A DNA stretch of 64,000 bases, from contig CACBPT010000001.1 of assembly GCA_902541245.1 (NCBI GenBank), positions 21,433-85,432 on the forward strand. The letters are read 5' to 3'. This document shows, in pieces, positions 9,468 to 17,534 of the stretch. Each line of letters starts with the position of its first letter. The first letter of the stretch is position 1. The notes beneath the pieces were generated by a model that saw only the letters and a program-made list of their open reading frames with translations, was not told the origin of the DNA and did no database searches. The DNA is from an uncultured SAR86 cluster bacterium. GTDB taxonomy: Bacteria > Pseudomonadota > Gammaproteobacteria > Magnimaribacterales > D2472. The position numbers and the translations under genes are program-made.

Positions 9468-10157
9468 ATGTATAAAAATAAATATACTTACCCCGAATTA
9501 GTTAGGGTAGAAAAAAACGATATTAGATATTATCGAGATTCTAAAGAAAATCTAGTTCCTTCAGTTACCACTATTCTTTCAGCGACTGGTGATAAAAGCG
9601 GTATTGATGCCTGGAAGCGGCGCGTTGGACCTAAGGCAGCAAGAGCTGTTGTCGATGAGGCTACAACGATAGGCACCGCGGTTCACCTAGCAATTGAGAA
9701 CTACCTATATGGTAAAGAATGGAAAAACTTCACGGATGATAAAATGGGCTTGATGTCTCAACAAATTGCTCAGAGATTTATTGATGATTGTCTTGATGAT
9801 ATAGATGAAGTTTGGGGTCTAGAATCTGGTTTGGTTGTTGATGGATTATATGCTGGAACTGCAGACTGTATTGGCATGTTTAAAGGCAGGCCAACTATTA
9901 TTGATTTTAAGACAGCAAAAAAAATTAAACGAAAAGATTGGATTGAAGATTATTTTTTACAGGGAGCAGCTTATGCAAATGCTCATAATGTTATGCATGG
10001 AACTCAGATAAACTCCATTGCTATTTTAATGGTAGATAGAGATCTACTGTTTAAAGAATTTTTTGTTAGTGAGAATGAATTTGATAATTTCACTGATAAG
10101 TGGAAAAAAAGAATTATTGGTTATTATAAAACTCACGATATTTTAGGGAGAGAATAA
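9468..10157 (+). CDS. PD-(D/E)XK family nuclease, MGME1-like
   Basis: Ordered motifs PSVTTIL, DAWKRRV, GTAVHLAIENYL, GTADCIG...PTIIDFKTAKK (D...DxK) and FLQGAAYANAH (QxxxY). No Cys cluster. Confidence 0.65.
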   Translation: MYKNKYTYPELVRVEKNDIRYYRDSKENLVPSVTTILSATGDKSGIDAWKRRVGPKAARAVVDEATTIGTAVHLAIENYLYGKEWKNFTDDKMGLMSQQIAQRFIDDCLDDIDEVWGLESGLVVDGLYAGTADCIGMFKGRPTIIDFKTAKKIKRKDWIEDYFLQGAAYANAHNVMHGTQINSIAILMVDRDLLFKEFFVSENEFDNFTDKWKKRIIGYYKTHDILGRE

Positions 10158-10895
10158 ATGAATGATTTAAAAGATAGAAAAATTATGATCACTGGTGCAA
10201 GTTCAGGTTTTGGAAAAGAAACTGCAAAGATGTGCGTTGCTTTGGGAGCCAAGGTAGTGCTTGGCGCACGAAGAGAAGATAAACTTAAGGAATTATGCGA
10301 CGAGTTGGGCTCTGATTCATCAATTTATAAAGTAACTGATGTAACTTCCAAAGATCAAATGCAAGCTTTGGCCGATTATGGCATTAAAAATTTTGGAAGA
10401 ATTGATTCATTAGTAAATAATGCCGGAATTATGCCTTTATCGCTTCTCAAGAAGGGAAGAACTGACGAATGGGACCAAATGATCGATGTAAATATTAAAG
10501 GCGTTTTGTACGGAATAGATTCTGTTTATTCACATATGCTTGAGAGGGAGTCAGGGCAAATCATAAATGTTTCATCAGTTGCTGGAAAAAGAGTGATGCC
10601 AGGAAGTGCAGTGTATTCTGGAACTAAATATGCAGTAAGAGCTATTTCAGAAGGTTTAAGGATAGAGTCTTCTGGCAAGATACAAGTAACCTGCATATAT
10701 CCAGGAGCGTTTAAGACTGAGCTTGCATTCTCTATAAAAGACGAATCAATGTTAGAGACTCTGATGAGTAGAGGTATTGGAGAAGTTGCTCAACCTGCGG
10801 AAAGAGTCGCAGAGTCAATAATTTATGCTCTTCAATTAGATCCAGGAGTTTCAGTTAATGAAATAGTTATAAGGCCTACTGCTCAAGACGCATAA
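10158..10895 (+). CDS. Short-chain dehydrogenase/reductase (SDR)
   Basis: TGASSGFGKE, NNAG and YSGTKYAV. The start abuts the upstream stop. Confidence 0.85.
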   Translation: MNDLKDRKIMITGASSGFGKETAKMCVALGAKVVLGARREDKLKELCDELGSDSSIYKVTDVTSKDQMQALADYGIKNFGRIDSLVNNAGIMPLSLLKKGRTDEWDQMIDVNIKGVLYGIDSVYSHMLERESGQIINVSSVAGKRVMPGSAVYSGTKYAVRAISEGLRIESSGKIQVTCIYPGAFKTELAFSIKDESMLETLMSRGIGEVAQPAERVAESIIYALQLDPGVSVNEIVIRPTAQDA

Positions 10896-10902
10896 ATTTT
10901 AA

Positions 10903-12579
10903 ATGAAAATAACATTCTTCATTGTATTTATAATTTATGCCTCATCAATAATTGCAGATTCAAAATGTAATCAAGCTGATTTAATTCTTGAAAATGCATC
11001 TATTTATGATGGTTTAAGTGATAAATCATTTATTGGAAGTATTGGGGTTAAAGACTCTAAGATATCATTTATCAATAAAGGAAAAATAACTGCATATGGT
11101 GAGTGTGGTGGAACCAGAGTTATTAATTTAAAAGAATATTTTATTTATCCTGGATTTGTTGATGGACACGGACATTTAAAAGGAATTGGCTATAGAGAAT
11201 TAACTCTTAATTTACAAGGAATACCCTCTCTAGATTTAACTTTAAAAGCAGTTGAAAATTACTTATCTTTAAAACAACCTAATGATTGGATTATAGGGCG
11301 AGGATGGATTGACAAAACTTGGCCAGAAAAAAGATTTCCAACAAGATGGGATCTAGACTCTTTTTCTCCAAATAATCCTGTTGTTTTAGAGAGGGCAGAT
11401 GGTCATGCCATTGTTGTTAATAGCATTGTTTTAAAACTTGCAAATATAGATTCAAACACTCCTGATCCTCAAGGCGGTTTTATAGAAAAAGATGATAATG
11501 GTGAACCAACAGGTTTATTGGTTGATATGGCTATGAATTTGATAGCAGATTTAATACCAAAATTAACAAGGGACGATGACAAAAAAGCATTTCTAGAGGG
11601 ACTTCAAAGAAATGTTGCTCTAGGATGGACTCAAATACATGTTCCCGGAGGAACTTTTCAAGATATATCAATTTTAAATGAAATTAAATCAGAGAATAAT
11701 CTTCTGCAAAGAGTTTATTTTATGGTCAGTGATGGAGAGCCAGCTGACTTACTTCTTGAAAAAGGACCCATTATAGATTCAGAAAATTTATTAACGGTTC
11801 GAACAATTAAAATGTATGCAGATGGAGCATTAGGCTCTAGAGGTGCCGCACTAATTGAAAAATATAGTGATTATGATGGCAAGGGAGTTTTTATATTTCG
11901 TGAAGAAGAGACCAAACCAAGATTATCTAAAGCTTTAAAAAAGGGCATACAAATAGCGACGCATGCTATTGGTGACAATGGGAACAGAGTTGTTTTAGAT
12001 TGGTATGAAGATGCCTTTGAAAACGCAAAAAATAATGATCAAATAATTTCTGAGCCAAGGTGGAGAATAGAGCATGCTCAAAACATTACTCCAATTGATC
12101 AAAAACGATTTGTTGAATTAAATGTTATTCCTGCTATGCAACCATCTCATGCAATCGGTGATTTACATTTTGCAATTGATAGATTGGGATTAGAAAGAAT
12201 TAACAATGCATATGCTTGGAGAGATCTCATAGATCAGGGTTTGATTATTGCAGGGGGCTCAGATGCCCCTGTTGAAATTGGTGATCCAAGAATTGAATTT
12301 TATGCAGCTATTGCTAGGAAGGATGTTGATGGATTTCATGCTGAGGGATGGAATCTAAATCAAAGATTAACTAGATTTGAAGCATTAAAAATGTTTACCA
12401 TATGGCCAGCAATTGCATCATTTGAAGATAATGTTAAAGGTACAATTGAGGTTGGTAAGTTGGCAGACTTTACTATTTTTGACAGCGATATTATGACAAT
12501 TCCTGAGCAAGAAATATTAAATGTGAAGAACATTTATACCATTGTTGGTGGACGAATAGTTTTCGAGGAGTTACTTTAA
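10903..12579 (+). CDS. Secreted amidohydrolase-family metallohydrolase (Amidohydro_3 / YtcJ-like)
   Basis: Signal peptide MKITFFIVFIIYASSIIA. Metal ligand contexts GFVDGHGHL, THAIGD, MQPSHAIGD and GSDAPVE. Confidence 0.8.
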   Translation: MKITFFIVFIIYASSIIADSKCNQADLILENASIYDGLSDKSFIGSIGVKDSKISFINKGKITAYGECGGTRVINLKEYFIYPGFVDGHGHLKGIGYRELTLNLQGIPSLDLTLKAVENYLSLKQPNDWIIGRGWIDKTWPEKRFPTRWDLDSFSPNNPVVLERADGHAIVVNSIVLKLANIDSNTPDPQGGFIEKDDNGEPTGLLVDMAMNLIADLIPKLTRDDDKKAFLEGLQRNVALGWTQIHVPGGTFQDISILNEIKSENNLLQRVYFMVSDGEPADLLLEKGPIIDSENLLTVRTIKMYADGALGSRGAALIEKYSDYDGKGVFIFREEETKPRLSKALKKGIQIATHAIGDNGNRVVLDWYEDAFENAKNNDQIISEPRWRIEHAQNITPIDQKRFVELNVIPAMQPSHAIGDLHFAIDRLGLERINNAYAWRDLIDQGLIIAGGSDAPVEIGDPRIEFYAAIARKDVDGFHAEGWNLNQRLTRFEALKMFTIWPAIASFEDNVKGTIEVGKLADFTIFDSDIMTIPEQEILNVKNIYTIVGGRIVFEELL

Positions 12580-14171
12580 TTATTGTTTAAGATCAAATCA
12601 GCGCATTTAGCTCCAACCACGTTGCATGTTGCATTTGTATTTCCAGATATTATGGTTGGAAAGATTGATGCATCTGCAACTCTTAAGCCTCTAATACCCT
12701 TTACTTTTAAATGTTTATCAACAACACATTCAGCTCCGTTCCCCATTTTGCAGGTTCCAATTGGATGATAAACAGACAGAGACTCATTCCTGATAAATTC
12801 ATCAATCTCATTATCTGTTTGATAAATTGATCCAGGCTGAATTTCAGTTGCTCCTAGATTCTTCATGGTTGGAGTATTGAAAACTTTTCTAATTTTATTT
12901 ACCCCTTCAATCATATGCTTGATATCTTTTTCCTCAGTTAGATAATTAGCAAAGATTTTTGGAGCAATATTCGGATCAGAGGACTGTAATTCAATATGTC
13001 CTCTGCTTTCTGGTCTTAAATTACATATTGATGCTGTTATTCCAGATGAAGGTTTCATGGCTCCACTTTTCTTGTATTCACCGGCACCAGGTGCAAAGTG
13101 AATTTGTGCATTTGGTGTTTTTTCATTTGAATTAGTTTTAAAAAATACACCTATATCTGACGCAGGGTAGGTCATTAATCCTGTATATTTAATAAAATAT
13201 TCATAGAGATTTTTGACCATTGCAAATGGTTTCATTAGCTCGCTAAATGTTTTTAATTCATTAACCTTGTAACTTAAATTCACAGTAAGATGATCTTGTA
13301 AATTTTGACCAACTCCAGGTAAGTCATGAACTAGAGCTATTTGATATTTTTTAAGATGATTTTTTGGGCCAATTCCAGATAGCATAAGTATTTGAGGTGA
13401 GTTAATGCTTCCCCCACTGAGAATTAATTCAGATGAACATCCTATTACTCCTGAAAATTTTTTATTTGAAATCTTTACACCTATTACTTTTTTATTTGAG
13501 ATGATAATTTTTTCAACTAAGGTACTTGTTAGGATATCTAAATTTGGTCGATTTGATATTGGTTTTAAAAATGCATCAGCAGCGCTAAATCTTTTTCCAT
13601 TTTTAATATTTACTTGATATTGTCCAAATCCTTCCTGATCTGCTCCATTAAAATCATTATTATTTTTGAAACCAAATTCTGAACATGCCTTTAAAAATTC
13701 TTTAGATGCATCAAGAATAGGTTGAAATGTTTCAACCCACAAAGGGCCAAAATTTCCGTGAAATTGATCTTCATGATTTTGATTATTCTCCAAAGCAATA
13801 AAATATTTTAGTAAATCGCGATAGCCCCAACCATTATTTCCTAATTGTTCCCAATTGTTATAATCATCAGCTTGACCGCGAATATATAACATTCCATTAA
13901 TGGAGCTACTTCCTCCTAACGTTTTTCCTCTTGGCCAATTTATTGTTCGATTATTTAAATTTTTTTCAGGCTCAGTTTCATAGCACCACCCATATTTTTT
14001 ACTCTTAAACAATGAACTTGCTGCAAGAGGCATCTTGATAGAGTATGAAGAATCCATTGGACCGGCCTCAATCAAAAGAACAGAATTTTTAGGATCTTCT
14101 GAAAGTTTATTTGCTAAAACACAACCTGCACTTCCAGCGCCAACAATGATATATTTATGGCTGAATTTCAT
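12576..14171 (-). CDS. GMC-family FAD oxidoreductase (choline / long-chain alcohol dehydrogenase-like)
   Basis: IIVGAGSAGCVLANKLSED, GGSSSINGMLYIRG, and the C-terminal HPIGTCKMG active-site region. Confidence 0.85.
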   Translation of the reverse strand: MKFSHKYIIVGAGSAGCVLANKLSEDPKNSVLLIEAGPMDSSYSIKMPLAASSLFKSKKYGWCYETEPEKNLNNRTINWPRGKTLGGSSSINGMLYIRGQADDYNNWEQLGNNGWGYRDLLKYFIALENNQNHEDQFHGNFGPLWVETFQPILDASKEFLKACSEFGFKNNNDFNGADQEGFGQYQVNIKNGKRFSAADAFLKPISNRPNLDILTSTLVEKIIISNKKVIGVKISNKKFSGVIGCSSELILSGGSINSPQILMLSGIGPKNHLKKYQIALVHDLPGVGQNLQDHLTVNLSYKVNELKTFSELMKPFAMVKNLYEYFIKYTGLMTYPASDIGVFFKTNSNEKTPNAQIHFAPGAGEYKKSGAMKPSSGITASICNLRPESRGHIELQSSDPNIAPKIFANYLTEEKDIKHMIEGVNKIRKVFNTPTMKNLGATEIQPGSIYQTDNEIDEFIRNESLSVYHPIGTCKMGNGAECVVDKHLKVKGIRGLRVADASIFPTIISGNTNATCNVVGAKCADLILNNN

Positions 14172-14197
14172 TAATCTAATATCTCTTAGGTAATCAT

Positions 14198-14893
14198 ATG
14201 CGTCAAGTAATAGCCATTGGTGGAGGAGGCTTCGGCAGAACCACTAAATCTAAACTTATAGAACAATTTATTCTTGATCAAACAGGCAAGGCAATACCTA
14301 ATATATGTTTTATTCCTACTGCTACAGGCGATTTAGAACAATACATTAAAAATTTTTATTCTGTTTTTTCAAAATTAAAATGTAATGCCTCTCATATTAG
14401 TTTTTTTAAACGAACTATTGACCTTCAAGAGCACATTGCAAAACAAGATGCTGTCTTTGTTGGGGGAGGAAATACAAAAAGTATGTTAGCTGTATGGAGA
14501 GACTGGGGCTTAGATATAATTCTTGAAGATGCTTATCAACGTGGCGTAATAATGAGTGGAGTAAGTGCTGGTGCAATTTGTTGGTTTGAAAATGGTTTAA
14601 CTGATTCATGGGAAAGCGAGCTTAAACTAATTGAATGCATGAATTTCATTCCTGGAAATTGTGCTCCTCATTATGATGAAGAGCCTGAAAGAAGGCCTGC
14701 AACAAAAAAACTTCTTGAAGAAAAATATATTAATTTTATGTATGGAATTGAGGGTGGGGCAGCGCTTCATTTTGTTAATGAGACACCTAAGCAAACCATA
14801 AGATTTAATGAAAATAAAAATGCTTATAAAGTAACACTTGATAAAGATGTAATTAATGAGAATGCCTTTAAATTTATGGAGTTAACAAATTAA
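14198..14893 (+). CDS. Peptidase S51 (dipeptidase E-like) family protein
   Basis: VFVGGGNTKSML and the nucleophile context GVSAGAICWFE. Length about 230 aa. Confidence 0.7.
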   Translation: MRQVIAIGGGGFGRTTKSKLIEQFILDQTGKAIPNICFIPTATGDLEQYIKNFYSVFSKLKCNASHISFFKRTIDLQEHIAKQDAVFVGGGNTKSMLAVWRDWGLDIILEDAYQRGVIMSGVSAGAICWFENGLTDSWESELKLIECMNFIPGNCAPHYDEEPERRPATKKLLEEKYINFMYGIEGGAALHFVNETPKQTIRFNENKNAYKVTLDKDVINENAFKFMELTN

Positions 14894-14982
14894 ATTATGA
14901 TGCCAAATTTTTGTACAAATCTAGCCTTTTTCCTCTGAATAAGTTAATTTATCAGTAATTTTAATTAATTTAGTTAACATTT

Positions 14983-15522
14983 ATGTTTACAAGAATGGAC
15001 CAGAGCACTCAAGAAGAGTGGCAGCACATCAGTGAAGAGCACTTGCCCCACATATTTGATATGCCAAAAAGAATTATTTCAATGTTAAAACAAGCTAAAG
15101 AATTAACGCTTGGTTTTGGTACTGATCAGTTACACCATGCTTTACAAACGGCAACAATGGCAAGAAGAGCTGGAGCTGATGATGAGATGATACTCATTAG
15201 TTTAATTCATGACATTGGAAAGGTGATTAATGTGCCTAATCATGGTCAAATCGCTGCTGAAATGATAAAGCCGTATGTTAGCGAAGATGCATATCACATA
15301 ATAAGAACTCATCAAGATTTTCAAGGAGAGCATTACTATCATTATATGGGTAAACCACAAGATTTACGTAAACAGTATGTAAATGAGTCTTGGTATAAAA
15401 AAGCAATTGAGTTCACAGATGAATGGGATCAAGCAGCATTTGATCCTGAGTATAAAACTGATTCTTTAGAATCATTTGTGCCCTTGATCAATAAGTTTTT
15501 TGCTGCTCCTCATACGGTCTAA
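14983..15522 (+). CDS. HD-domain protein, PhnZ/MIOX-like (possible diiron oxygenase)
   Basis: QLHHALQTATMARRAGADDEMILISLIHDIGK, followed by NHGQIAAE, HIIRTHQDF and EWDQAAFD. About 180 aa, a stand-alone gene. Confidence 0.65.
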   Translation: MFTRMDQSTQEEWQHISEEHLPHIFDMPKRIISMLKQAKELTLGFGTDQLHHALQTATMARRAGADDEMILISLIHDIGKVINVPNHGQIAAEMIKPYVSEDAYHIIRTHQDFQGEHYYHYMGKPQDLRKQYVNESWYKKAIEFTDEWDQAAFDPEYKTDSLESFVPLINKFFAAPHTV

Positions 15523-15554
15523 TTAATCAAGAACACCGACAACTCTCAAAAATT

Positions 15555-16280
15555 ATGAAAAGTAATATTTGGAGTGATATAAAAAAAGAAATTACTCTTA
15601 GAATAAATGCAGAGCCATCATTAAAGGATTATCTTGAGAGCTTAATTTTATCTAAGGATAATATAATTGAAGCAACAGCAGCAATCCTCGCATCAAAACT
15701 TCATAATGATGCGTTATCATCAATCGACCTATTTCACATAATTTTGTCTTCATACAATGAAAAAAAATCTATTCAAGATAGTCTCATTGAAGATATTTTA
15801 TTTTTTCGTAAAAATGATCCAGCTTGTAAATATTTATCTACTCCACTTCTTTTTTATAAAGGTTTTCAGGGGTTAGCTGCATATAGATCAAGCAATATTT
15901 TGTGGACAAATGATAGGCATACTATGGCTTTGTATATTCAAAATAGATCATCTGAAGTATTTGGTGTTGATATCCATCCAGCCGCGACTATTGATAGTTC
16001 CGTGATGATTGATCATGCGACAGGCGTCGTAATTGGTGAGACCTCTAAAATTAATAAGGGTGTTTCAATTTTTCAAGGTGTTACATTAGGTGGTAAAGGT
16101 TTTAATAGAGGTGATAGGCATCCTAAAATTGAAGAGGGAGTATCTATTTTTGCTTCTAGTACAATTTTAGGGAATGTTACGATTGGTAAAAATTCTGTTA
16201 TTGCTGCTGGAAGTTTAGTGCTTGAGGATGTTGAAGAGGACACAACAGTAGCTGGAATTCCTGCAAAAAAAATTAAATAG
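15555..16280 (+). CDS. cysE: Serine O-acetyltransferase (short form without extended C-terminal tail)
   Basis: SAT N-terminal helical region plus hexapeptide repeats DIHPAATIDSSVMIDHATGVVIGETSKINKGVSIFQGVTLGG. Confidence 0.85.
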   Translation: MKSNIWSDIKKEITLRINAEPSLKDYLESLILSKDNIIEATAAILASKLHNDALSSIDLFHIILSSYNEKKSIQDSLIEDILFFRKNDPACKYLSTPLLFYKGFQGLAAYRSSNILWTNDRHTMALYIQNRSSEVFGVDIHPAATIDSSVMIDHATGVVIGETSKINKGVSIFQGVTLGGKGFNRGDRHPKIEEGVSIFASSTILGNVTIGKNSVIAAGSLVLEDVEEDTTVAGIPAKKIK

Positions 16281-17295
16281 AACTTAAGATTTCTTTTTCT
16301 TCATCGTTCATTTCGGAATCAATTTTTTCAAATAATGCAGATGTTAAATACCTTTCCGCAGTATCTGCTAGCATGCATAAAATATTTGACCCGTTAGGGG
16401 CTTCATCTGCTATTTTCATTGCAACTGCAAATGTTGATCCCCCAGATATTCCAGTAATTATTCCTTCATTGGTAGCTAATTGATGAGACCAGTAAATTCC
16501 ATCTTCACCTGTGACAGGTATATTAATATCAAAATAATTATTATCAATTGATTCTTGTAGCACTAAAGGGATAAAGTCAGGTGTCCAACCTTGGATTGGA
16601 TGAGGGTTCCATGAATCATGCGCACTTGCAGGTGATCCGTCCTGATTTCTTTTTTGTGCTATTAAACTATTAACCAATTGAGCATTTTCAGGTTCAGTTA
16701 TAACCAGTTTTGTTTTAGGTGATTGATCTCTTAGAACACGAGAGACCCCACTAAAAGTCCCACCCGTTCCATAACCTGATACCCAATAATCTAATCCTAA
16801 TTCTTTAAAGTCATTCAAAATTTCTATAGCAGTTGTTTTTTCATGAATATCTGCATTCGCATCATTTTCAAACTGCTTGGCATAAAACCATTTATTTTTT
16901 TTGCATAATTTTTTGGCAAGATTATATGCAGCAGTTGTTCCCTCAGATGCTGGCGTTAATAGAACTTTAGCTCCAAGAAATCGCATTAATTTTCTTCTTT
17001 CTATGGATGTACTGTCAGGCATTGTCATTACACATGGATAACCTTTGCATGCACATACCATCGCCAATCCGATTCCAGTATTGCCACTTGTCGCTTCAAC
17101 AACAGTTTGTTTAGGTTTCAAAAAACCTTCTTTTTCAGCTTTTTCAATAATACTTAAAGCCAATCTATCCTTTACTGAACCTCCTGGATTGAAGTACTCA
17201 GCTTTGACAAAAAGATTAATATTTTTAGGTGCAATGTTTTTAATTTTTATTATTGGTGTGTTGCCAATAGAACTTAATAAGTCTTTATAAATCAT
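16273..17295 (-). CDS. cysK: Cysteine synthase family PLP enzyme (O-acetylserine sulfhydrylase-like)
   Basis: PLP lysine context GGSVKDRLALSII, EATSGNTGIGLAMV, GYGTGGTFSG and GISGGS. 340 aa with an insertion before PIQGWTPDFIP. Confidence 0.8.
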   Translation of the reverse strand: MIYKDLLSSIGNTPIIKIKNIAPKNINLFVKAEYFNPGGSVKDRLALSIIEKAEKEGFLKPKQTVVEATSGNTGIGLAMVCACKGYPCVMTMPDSTSIERRKLMRFLGAKVLLTPASEGTTAAYNLAKKLCKKNKWFYAKQFENDANADIHEKTTAIEILNDFKELGLDYWVSGYGTGGTFSGVSRVLRDQSPKTKLVITEPENAQLVNSLIAQKRNQDGSPASAHDSWNPHPIQGWTPDFIPLVLQESIDNNYFDINIPVTGEDGIYWSHQLATNEGIITGISGGSTFAVAMKIADEAPNGSNILCMLADTAERYLTSALFEKIDSEMNDEEKEILSSI

Positions 17296-17395
17296 GATAG
17301 GCGCCTTATTTAATATTCAAGTAATTAGTTTTAAATAAAATATTATAATATTAATACAAGAAGTTTTTTAGTGAATATGATGACCACAAGCCACA

Positions 17396-17423
17396 TTTAC
17401 TTATTTCTAAAAATCTTTAAAAT
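17396..17423 (+). promoter_or_regulatory. Candidate sigma70 promoter for tRNA-Ser (TTTACT-16 nt-TAAAAT)
   Basis: TTTACT at 17396-17401 and TAAAAT at 17418-17423, 17 nt before the mature tRNA 5' end. The background is AT-rich, so specificity is low. Confidence 0.3.
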
Positions 17424-17440
17424 GCTTTATCCAACGGATA

Positions 17441-17530
17441 GGAGAGATGGCAGAGCGGTTGAATGCACTGGTCTTGAAAACCAGCAAACCTTCGCGGGTT
17501 TCCAGGGTTCGAATCCCTGTCTCTCCGCCA
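17441..17530 (+). tRNA. tRNA-Ser (anticodon UGA), CCA encoded
   Basis: Acceptor GGAGAGA/TCTCTCC. Anticodon stem-loop CTGGT-CTTGAAA-ACCAG. Long variable arm AAACC-TTCGC-GGGTTT. T-arm CAGGG-TTCGAAT-CCCTG. Discriminator G followed by CCA. Confidence 0.95.
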
Positions 17531-17534
17531 GTTT

